A DNA stretch of 64,000 nucleotides from positions 1,976,699-2,040,698 of the forward strand of contig CM082581.2 of assembly GCA_040954595.2 (NCBI GenBank), read 5' to 3'. The position numbers and the translations under genes are program-made. The stretch comes from Balanoglossus misakiensis. Its lineage: Eukaryota; Animalia; Hemichordata. Shown piece by piece: positions 11,890 to 22,149 of this stretch (the first letter of the stretch is position 1; each line of letters starts with the position of its first letter). Below the pieces are notes generated by a model that was given only the letters and a program-made list of their open reading frames with translations, was not told the origin of the DNA and made no database searches.

Positions 11890-13857
11890 CTAGTCAGATA
11901 AGGATTCATATTTTATAGAATTTCGGAGATTCACGTACAATTCCACAGCAGAATATGGGTCAGAAGGTAAATGCATATTGTTGTCGACCATGTATGAGAC
12001 ACAGTACTCGAATAAATCTTCATCACAGGGGCACGCTCCTTTGAACACACATTCCTCTCGGCATGTGTTAATCTGTTCCTGAGAAACAGTTGATCCGAAA
12101 TCATGACTTCCATACATCTCCGGGACAAAGAACATCATGTGAGGTCGCCCGATGGGAGAGACTGCGTTACGTGAACGACTGATCCTGTGACAATTCCATT
12201 CCATTACAGCATCATCCAGTTCATCCTGAATTATAAAATGACAGGCACAAAATGTATGAGGAAGTTCAATGTTAGCAGTTTAATACATGCATCAGTTAAA
12301 CATAGTCCCTAGGTACTATAGGATATCTAAAAGATACATACATGGTGACACCTCATCTACATGAACTCTTCAGACGGGAAGGTACACCTAAAATTAATTT
12401 ATTGTAGTGAAATATAACCAAACAAACGGAATAAAATTACAAATATTATAATTATAACAATTTACATATATTAGATTATCAATTGGTGTATAGACGGGTT
12501 TACCAGCTGGCGTGTAATTTATGATGAGGCTTATCACACCAACAGTATTCGATCCGAGATTAATAGTAAGGTATTTGTCGAAGGAGTGGAAAGTCTAAAA
12601 TGTTGTCCAACATATGCATGCAGGATAGAGGTGCATAAAATGGACAATTGGAATAAGTAGACAAGGACAGTCTTAAATCACACACACAATGCATTGCAGG
12701 TTGTGATTTTTGTTCATCATGATACATATCAACACATGTACAGCACATTTTAAGCCTTTTTTACTTTGTATTTGAAGGTTTAAACCAAAATATGTGAGCA
12801 GTCCTTTCTTTTCAATACATAAAAACGTTCTTTTTTATACTCCTCCCATTTGGAAGAGCGTAGGGTTATTGTTAGTCAGTTTATACATGGGACTTCTTAT
12901 ATTTTATTGTATTGTACGTTTTCACTATATAATATCAATCCTAGCAATATTTTCTATATAAGTATTTAAAGTATATACAGTATAAGTGATAGTGTAACAG
13001 ATTGAGGAAAGACAATTATTTTTTAAGTCCCAAATTCTTCTTCTTACCTGTATCATTTTCAGGAAGCAAAATCTGACCAGATCTTTATCAAGATAATCAC
13101 CACTGAAGACTCCATCATCCTTTAGTTTGTAGAAAAGATCCAACCAAAACTGTCCACAGTGTTGGCGAAATGTACCCCACCATCGTTCTATGCGTTGGTT
13201 GAGTTGACTGCTGCCATAATAAAAGCAGTTGTCATCATTTGTTAGAAACTTCTGGAACTGTTCAACATGTCCATTTTCTGTGCCTCTATCCGCTCGCATG
13301 TTTTGGGGGCAAGATTTCAGACTTTCAACTTCTTTGATGAAGTACCCTGCTATAATCTTCGGATCACTGTTGGTGTGATAAGCTTGAGCCCAAATTACAC
13401 GCCTGGAAAACCCGTCTATACACCCATTGATTGCTATTCCGTAAGGGGAAAGTTTGTCATACGAATCTAGGTGCCACATATAGTTCGGCCCAGGAGACCC
13501 ATACTGGCGACGGCGTAGACGACGTCTCTTTCTTAATTCCACACCTATGGGGTCAATGATCTGGAGTAACAACCGCACACTCTCCCTGTCGATAACCAAT
13601 CCTCTCTGGACACACTTTAAATGCATCCACCGATAGCCGTGGAGTCTTCCAGATTTGTCAACCTCTTCTCTCAGAAATGTTATTACCTCATTGATGTCTG
13701 AATGGTACTTCCGTCTGAAAAGTCCGAGTTTCTTCAGTAATCTTTTAAGATGACGCATACTAATGACAACGTTATGATTGACAGCTAAAGTAGCCAGGAT
13801 TTCACTGTAGTTGAAGCCCATGTTGAAATAGATACGGATTATATCATCTCTTTCCAT
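11890..13857 (-). CDS. IS3EU DDE transposase (integrase-core fold); complement join(11890..12225,13048..13857), 381 aa
   Basis: MERDDIIRIYFNMGFNYSEILA (HTH-like), HGYRWMH, RRRQYGSPGPNYMWHLDSYDKL..INGCIDGFSRRVIW, RADRGTEN, NQRIERWW. CAG|gtaag donor and ttcag|GAT acceptor in phase 0. Exon 2 DELDDAVMEWNCHRI..GRPHMMF. No stops. Confidence 0.9.
12477..12660 (+). repeat. Degenerate inverted copy of transposase exon 1 (13255-13435) inside the transposase intron; duplicated at 10286-10469
   Basis: Shared blocks GGTGTATAGACGGGTTT, GGCGTGTAATTT, GCTTATCACACCAACAGT, GAAAGTCT, GGATAGAGG and AAAATGGACA are collinear with the coding strand but lie on the opposite strand. Confidence 0.85.
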
Positions 13858-14084
13858 GGTGACGTTATCTGTTCGATAGAGGAGGAATGTTAATTGTCGC
13901 ATTAGATAAAAGGAATTATCGTATAATGATAATGAATAAAGTATAATATTGAAACCAATTGTTTAGTAACTTTACCACTGAGTCAGTTTTCTTGCCAACT
14001 TGGAAAGTAATCTCTGGCCAAGACTTCGGTAATTTGTCCCAGTACGTATAACTAGTAATTATAAATATTACGAAGTTGAAATGT

Positions 14085-14295
14085 CAACTAATTACCAAGA
14101 CTCATGCACTCAGTCTGATGATACGATGCAGCATGCAGCTCTGAAACCGACGATCACTCCTACCATTGAATACACTGAGTGCTTGCTTGCCAATTCTCCG
14201 TACCGATATCGATGCATGTCCCTCTCTGGACCGATATCGATGCATGGTCCTCTCTGGACAGTCCCCCTACCAACACACCGCCCTCTTTCGAGAGA
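14085..14295 (-). promoter_or_regulatory. Putative promoter, leader exon and splice donor for the transposase
   Basis: Minus strand reads GAGGGCGG..GACTGTCCAGAGAG..GCTGCATCGTATCATCAGACTGAGTG..TTG|GTAATT with the donor at 14095. Matching acceptor ttcctcctctatcgaacag| at 13869, 11 nt before the ATG. Confidence 0.5.
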
Positions 14296-14296
14296 A

Positions 14297-14790
14297 TTAT
14301 CTCGAGATCTCGAGATAAAAAAATAAAAAGTCGGGAAAACGAATAGCATTATCTCGAGATCTCGAGATAAAAAAATAAAAAGTCAGGAAAACGAACTTGA
14401 ATTATCTCGAGATCTCGAGATAAAAAAATAAAAAGTCGGGAAAACGAATAGCATTATCTCGAGATCTCGAGATAAAAAAATAAAAAGTCAGGAAAACGAA
14501 CTTGAATTATCTCGAGATCTCGAGATAAAAAAATAAAAAGTCGGGAAAACGAATAGCATTATCTCGAGATCTCGAGATAAAAAAATAAAAAGTCAGGAAA
14601 ACGAACTTGAATTATCTCGAGATCTCGAGATAAAAAAATAAAAGTCGGGAAAACGAATGGAATTATCTCGAGATCTCGAGATATAAAAATAAAAAGTCAG
14701 GAGAACGAACTTGAATTATCTCGAGATCTCGAGATAAAAAAATAAAAAGTCAGGAAAACGAATGGAATTATCTCGAGATCTCGAGATAAT
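14297..14790. repeat. Right subterminal array: 10 copies of the TTATCTCGAGATCTCGAGATAA palindrome at 52-53 bp period
   Basis: Directly visible; two spacer variants largely alternate (GAATAGC / GAACTTGA). Confidence 0.95.
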
Positions 14791-17700
14791 TTTTTATTTA
14801 TTGCGTATGTACATGTCCCCAACTGGCTTTCATAGTTTTAAACCGATGGTGGCAAAGAAGTTTTCCGCGAACATGAAAACAACACAGCTGCAAAATGAAG
14901 GTATTGTTCTACTGATACATTAAACGCACAACTTAGAATATGTGCCGTTTTAGCCACATGCAGTTTGCAGGCACCATGTAGCTCTGCTTGGCATAGTAAA
15001 ACACGTGTCACGTGTTGATCACATGACTTAAATGAAGGCGAACGTCCATGTTTGTATGGGAGGGTCACCAGTTTTACGGCGCTGCATTAACGACGTTTAC
15101 GATTCGGCGACAAACACGTCAAGTAGGTTCCCATTTGTGAAATTTTCGTTCGATCTTTATTTCTGACAACATTATGTACATGTTCATGTAGTTTATTGTT
15201 TGAAAATCGGTGCGTATCATTTTGCTCCGCACCCAACGGATTTTCCTATGGATGGCTCCATAGCTTTGGGGAGGGAGAGCAGCGTTGACCCAAACAGCGT
15301 ATAAGTCCAGAGCTATGCTGGGCAGAGCTGTGTGTCTTTACGACGTCACTCCTGTATATGAGAGAGACGGTGGGCGATCTCTTTTACAGTTATTTTCAAA
15401 ATATTGTTTTTAAAAAAATAATATTTATTATTATCATCATCATCATCATCATGATTCCAGCTATTAATTTGCAGTACACGTTGTTGTCTTTTGCCAGAAA
15501 GGAATGCATTTCTCATATCACCTTACAAACTGCCAGAAATCCAAACAACACCTTTATGATAAAGCCTACAATGAAATGGTGGATGGTACAAATCAAAGAT
15601 TATGTGACTGCATGATCCTCTCCACATGATACTTCTCAAAGGATATTAATTTGCTTGGAGGGTGAATGTCTGTTGCTAAGCAACCAATGATGTGGGAGTG
15701 ATGTAGAAATCTTTGTGATTTCTCAAAATATAACCATTATTCTAAATTAATATTTCCGTCAATTGGTTTTCAAGCATAATATATACACAACACAACAAAT
15801 TATATTGATATACCATGCCTAAAATATGAAATGGAAAAAATGCAATCAAATGAGTGGCCAAGCAAATGTTTTCAAAATTTTCCATTTAATTAACATTTTG
15901 TAATAGTTTATATATTTGAGGCTGACTGTGGGTTGATTCTGTCTGTCTTAAACATTCAAGAAAAATTTGTTTGTAAAGTCATTTCAATGCCTGTCTATTA
16001 AAGCCTGTATAGCTGCCAAATTTCACATTTTTTCAACAATAAAATACTTCAAATATATTCCCTATCCTCTAAATCCTCAACTTAAGCCATATTACTCGCA
16101 TTTGCATCAGTTTGTCATCTTTTGGCAACGCAAACCACGATAGCTGCGTACTGTTTGTATGGAGGCTGATGAAATAGGTGCGGCACCGTTTTAATACAAA
16201 AGTGTTCAAATTGCAACATGCAGTCATAATCGGGCATCGATAAGGTGTTCATGTATACCTAAGTAAGCTTATTTAGATGGACTAATTTAAGTTGGAAATT
16301 AATGCTAAAAAGTGGCAGCTCTAGAGACTTTCAATTCCACATTTTCTAATTCCACAATTGTTGGATGTAAATGTATTTGAAATATGTGCTTTGATTGGAT
16401 TATATGACATAGATTTATTTGAAGGGTGTGTTTGGATTAGATTATGTGACCATTGGATTTTGGATTTGTGTTCAAGAATTGTTTGGAAATATAGAAGGGA
16501 TCTGATGAAAAATGTTCAGGCAATTATTTTACCTTGGTCTAGAGTTTTAAAAAAGGGTGCGTGATTTTCATGTTGTTTGGGTATTGATACTATGTTCACT
16601 TCCAGTTCTATATTTGCAAATTGAGATATGCTTAAATGTCCAGTATTCAGCTTATCAACTCTACCAGTATTTTCATTAATAACAATAAAATTTATGCGTT
16701 TATTGTTTGTGTAATTTGGATTATTAAGTCAAATGAGGGACAGTTCTTAATGTACACCTTGGAATGAATCAATCAACAACATAATAGATAGGTGCATATT
16801 TTTCCTCTATTTTGATGTGAACTTTGCTAAATCCTTTTTATCATTTAAACAATGACCTTTGGCTTTTCAGAGACGCGGTCAAGATGTCTCTCCTAATCCG
16901 TTTGAGCTCGCGCTCTGATTCGATAGTATCATGCAGATGTTGCTTCATGTGATTGGCTAACGTCCTTGTCACGTGACGTGGCATACGTGTGGAACATACG
17001 TTCGGAACAACAAACGACACTTGTACGCGTAAATTATGATTACGTATAAAATAATTCGGATAATCTCAATTTTTGGCGATCGATCTATAAAAATGAAATT
17101 GTGAAGTAAGTAGGCAACCATGGTGATACTTCCGGTGGAACGCCATTCTCGTGTACGTTAAGGCGTGGGCGCCCTCTATCGACAGACTGAATACGTTAAT
17201 CGAGCATAATAAACAATTGTAACCACACCAGCCAATCAGTTGATGTAATTCATGTTCAAGACAAGCAAATAAAATGAGACATTTCCGAGAAAACCTCCAA
17301 AACTATTATCATGTGACAAATAGTGGCATTTTGGGGGTCGAAAATGATATTCTTAAAAGAAGGCCAAAAATCCACCGCTAGATGCTCACAATCCCATTAT
17401 TATTTTTTAGTTTCACCTTATGACCCGTCAACTTTCTCTGATAGGACTCATACTGTAGTGTATTTCGCTGCCATAATATTTTGACGATGTAGATTATCGA
17501 CTACCCATTGACCGGCAGCCAAAATTCCACCATTTATAGGGTTATGCTGAATCATTAACTTCGTTTTCAAACACAGTATCGTAATCTTGAAATGGGCGAA
17601 CATGTTAACCTTCGATTACGACCAGAGGTGTCAGAAAATAAAGCTGTTTAGCGGTGGATTTTTCGTATTTTCCGCCTCGTAAATTATCCTTACCCTGGGA

Positions 17701-20700
17701 CGCTCGTCCAGGGGTGCCATTACGTAATGCCTTAGTTGGCGTGATGCATTGTGGGTAAAATCAGCTGATCGTATACGCGTATCCTAGCAACTGACATGGA
17801 CGCTACCATTAGCGCCCGCCCGCGTTCAAGATCATTTTAGTGTTGCTACAGTTCAGAAAATCGTGAACATACATAATTCCCAATCAGTTTGGGATGATTT
17901 TTAGCCACAAGCAGTAATTACTGTCACTCATTCACTTATTTAACAAGCCATGACAACATTATATGAGGGAAATAAACCTTTATTTCAACTTCAATCTGGT
18001 GAGTACATGGTTTTCATTTTACCCCATCAAAATAGTGCGTCTTGAAAGGTCAAAGTTCAACTTTTCCTTTGTTCATGTAAAATTGGCGCCATATTCAAAT
18101 TGCAGCCGATGATCCCTTCAGCTGTTATTTGGAGGTATGCACTTGTTCAGTTGGCATGTCATCATGGCATTTTGTGGTTATTTTATGGCCATAGCTGCAA
18201 GAGCAACAAAAGAGCTTTCTAATTCCGAAAAGTCTACTCAGGAAAAGGCTGAAAATACATCAAGATTTATGCCTGTTTACAACATATCCATTGGACAAAG
18301 GTATGCCAAATATCAGGATATCATGGCTAACAGCAGAAATATGCAAGTTACCAGTTTAAATTTAAACTGCCACGATTTGAGAAAACACTAAGTGCTTCAG
18401 TTCAATGGTTGAATTCCAGGAAAAATGTCAGTATTTCTACAGTATTTTTCTGCAACTAGTTGGCAAAAACTGCCTTTATCAAGGCAAATCCTACACACAG
18501 CACTTGACTGTCAAGAGTGCCAAAGTAGCAATGTTGATGTTCTGCTTTTGAACAAGTACTATCAGAAACATATCAAAAGTCTTCCCTTCTCGACTGTTGA
18601 GGTAATTGAAGATGCAATGGGAGAGATGCAACAACTACAAAATCCACATGAGACAAAGCTGACTGTCCCTCTTAAATCTACCGTAAGAACTGCCGGACAG
18701 CTATATCAGCGAGTAGAGGAGTCATACAATAAAGTGTACTCAACACCTTTCAGTGAAGCGCTTCTCAAAGTTCCGGGGTTCAAGCTACAGACAAAAATCA
18801 GCAAAGAACAGAAAAAGAAAGACAGACGAGCACTTTATACTAATGTCAAGCAAAGCATCGAAAAATCCCACGCTAAAAATGACGGAGATTTAAAAACAAT
18901 CCTAGGATCCGGTCAGTCATTTGCTTGCTACGAATCATGTTGACGGTCTGTTGACTTTGAGTCTACCGATTCTGCCAAGAAGCGAGTAAATCGCCGTCTA
19001 CAACTAGAATCCCTCAACAAGCTGACACCAAAAGACCATGTTGTAAAAACAGAGTCTGTTGAATAGGACAAAAGCTCATTTGTAAGTGAACTTTCCAATT
19101 ATGATGCTGGCAAGGTCAACTGGAGTAGCCTTGCGAGAAAGTACGGGCTAACAGCTGCAAATGGTGGCCAAATACTGAAAGAGTACGCAACCTCAGCTGG
19201 CATCGACACTGACAAGTTCAATATCAATAAGAAGGTTCAAGGTCGAGATTTTGTCAGAAGAGTACACCGTAAAACATTGAAAGGTCTTGGGGGAGGTGTC
19301 ACTTCCTCAACACCGACCAGCAAGAGCCCTGCAAGAAATATTGAAAACAAAAATAAGAAGTGGCGAAATCGACATCGGTGAATTAATAGCACCAAAAGAG
19401 TTCCAAAAGATGACCATTGGAAAAGATGGCAAATTAAAAGAAGAAACTTATACAATCTACGCTAGAAAAATAAACTTACAGACAATCCGAAAACGAGAGC
19501 TTGACAGACAAATTAAGCTTGGTGTTCTGAGAAGCCATGTTTATGGGTATGACGACGGTCATTACCAAAACCTAGAAGAAAAAGAAATAAGGGATGAGCT
19601 ACAAAGAATACACGAGTTGAAAGAAGGAGAAACCATCGATGAAATGCGCAGTAAATTAAAAAGACTACATCACTCACGGCACTTCAAAATATGGCATGAC
19701 CACAGTACTGTAGGCAACCATTCCCACATTGTCTTCATGGTGAGCTGGATATACGACGCGGCAACATATCTGACAAATGAGGAGTACTTGGAGAAACACG
19801 GAAAAAAAGTAAACGTTGACTCGCTTGTTGAGAAGCCACATCTATATATAATGGGACGATCCAACTCCAATGACGTTGATCAGCTGTCATATGTTGAAAC
19901 CAGAGTAGAAGATCTAAAATGTTTAACAGGACCAATAACATCCGACGAAGGTTCCAGGGAATACACAGATGTCCACCGATTTTTTCATGGCGATGGACCG
20001 GCACAGGAGTTTGAGGATTAGCACCAGAAAGGAGGTCACTACCAGTGCATCTGTGGAATAGAGTCAAGAAGACATGATGATCTGTCTGCATGTTACCATC
20101 TGAAATATCTGTCAATAGATGAGAAACGTAACTTGTCACGGCAAACTTCCCATCCATTTGCCAACTTAACAGTGGCCGACCTTAGGAGAGAGCTTGATGC
20201 TAGGGGTGAAGAAACTGAAGGATTAAAGAAGCCAGACTTACAATCTAAACTCTCTGAAATTTTACATGGTATGCAGAGAGTACCAGCACTGCTCCATCTC
20301 ACTCCAGAATATAATCTTGCTGAAATAAACTGCTCTGCATATGAAATTTTGCCATCAGAGCCACTCCATGACCTGAAGGGACACATCCACAATGTGTTAG
20401 AAGAAATTCCAGCACAAACCAAGGATAAAGAAGAAGCAGTAAAGTTACAGAACTTTATTCAGGCAACATATGGTGGTAAAGACGAAATTCGGGGATGCGA
20501 TGCACGCAAAGCTATCCTTCTGGTGTCCCAGTATCTTCACGAGAACAACATAAATACTGAGCATGGTCAGCTTATTGACACGCTTGCTGAAATAAGCGAA
20601 ACTGCTTATAAACATGACAATGACAGATGCCCACGACTGATTCTGCGATTGTATAACACTGTATTTTTGCATGGAATATTGTGCAAAAGGGTATTTGAGA

Positions 20701-21454
20701 AGCCAAAGAAACTTACCAAACGAAAGATGTTCGGGCGGTATTTCCATAACATCACCGTCCATCTACCTGATCAACTGAGATTGGTTTCTCTGAGGTCAAC
20801 AAATGCTGAAAACCAGGAGCGAGTTTTCAATCGAATACGGAGAGTGACGAAAACAACTTCCTCCAAGCGTCCAGGTGGTATCACAGGTAATGCCATGATA
20901 CGTCTAGGTGCAGAAGAAGAGATGACAAAAGAAAGAGATCCATCACAAATTATAGAATCTGAAATTAGCAAAATTGGAAAGCAGCTCCCAAAACGTCAGA
21001 ATACAGTAATCCCTGAGGACGAAATACTGCGACGACCAACACTACTGCAAAGCCACTATGAAAGGATTGCAGATTTCTTGCTGCCAGGAGAAGGTGCATT
21101 GTGGCAGAGACATGAGGAAGCAATAGAGTTTTTAACTCTGATACCCAGGATGATTTCAAGGTATCTGCAGTGCAATTTAGTCCCAAATATTTTAACTCAC
21201 ACTTTTATTTCTTTTCAATAACAATTAATGTTGATTATATGCAGACATAATACAACAGATTGCATGGTGTTTTGGGACAGGAAAAACTAATCTAAAATAT
21301 AGTATCAAAGCATCAAAAATTACATCTATACATGCCCTGTCTTTTTCATGGAACTTTTCTGTCAAGCAGGTTCTGTTATTTTTTGTGACGAGCAACCTCC
21401 ATTTTTACAAATAATAGAACTATTCTCGGATATCCCACATGTTTTATGGCTTTC

Positions 21455-21803
21455 TAAAAAAGGTCTCTCACTCGCTGCCCTTTTTCTTTTTGTGTTTGAT
21501 ACAAAACACCATTTATGTTAATGTACATGTGTATATGTAGTGAATGAACGTTCAACCACACACAAGTTCCACCATGCTTGTATATGAGAGTAAAAACTCG
21601 CCCAAAATGAATAAATGGTAGAGACCGATTGTTCATTTTGGCAAGGTTTTTCACTCTCGTGTCTACAAGCGGGATGGAAGGTGTGTGTGGTTGAATGTTC
21701 ATTCAGTATATATCCACATGTACATTAACATAAACAGTGTCTTGAATGAAACATAATATTAATGGGAAAAGGGCAGCGAGAGAGAGAGACTTTGTCCCTT
21801 TAA
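21455..21803. mobile_element. Palindromic MITE ending ..TTGTCCCT|TTAA (Kolobok-like); relatives at ~34960-35200 and ~44480-44597
   Basis: Long internal inverted arms. The core AAATGAATAAATGGTAGAGACCGA recurs three times in the window. Confidence 0.65.
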
Positions 21804-21984
21804 CAGCTTGCAAATCCTTATTTATTTTGGAAAATTCTATTGTAAAAATTGTCCAAGATTATAGTACTTACATTAACCATTGGTGTTGTGTGTAAACTGT
21901 TATATAAAGAATGTTTGATCAATCTCCTTACCTGTTTATTTCTATAGGAACCAGGACCTCATCTGCATCATTTCCGGTCATAAT

Positions 21985-22128
21985 TGTAATGTATGTTACT
22001 TTGAATGCCTTGTACATTACTATCTGTAATACTGCCCTCTATGTTGACTTATGGTAATAAAGTGAGTTGCCTCGTTTTGGCACTCTGTTGACTAGACTTC
22101 ATGGCGTACGGAGTTCCAATACAACACA
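21985..22128 (+). repeat. 5' LTR
   Basis: TGTAATG...ACAACACA; contains AATAAA. Confidence 0.97.
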
Positions 22129-22141
22129 TGGTGTCAGAAGT
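22129..22141 (+). promoter_or_regulatory. Primer binding site, complementary to a tRNA-Leu 3' end
   Basis: TGGTGTCAGAAGT immediately after the 5' LTR. Confidence 0.8.
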
Positions 22142-22149
22142 TGAGGAAA

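Larger units (their letters stand above)
9064..13412. repeat. Near-perfect tandem duplication, offset 2191 bp (9064-11221 / 11222-13412)
   Basis: Identical ORF pairs 9218/11409, 9699/11890, 10369/12560. Junction CCTGGAAAAC|CTTATTCAGCC. Confidence 0.95.
2683..14834. mobile_element. Complete IS3EU-type DNA transposon carrying transposase and HECT E3 ligase genes
   Basis: Terminal TATGAAAGCCAGTTGGGGACATGTACATACGCAATAAAT.. is perfectly inverted at the right end. 6-bp TSD GTTTTA at 2677-2682 and 14835-14840. TAY..RTA ends with a 6-bp TSD fit IS3EU, and an IS3-like integrase ORF lies inside. Confidence 0.92.

Noticed and set aside
14297-14790. CRISPR-like look of regularly spaced palindromic repeats (also 2728-2960)
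   Set aside because: The spacers are near-identical rather than unique, there are no cas genes, the context is eukaryotic, and the arrays are the inverted subterminal repeats of a transposon.
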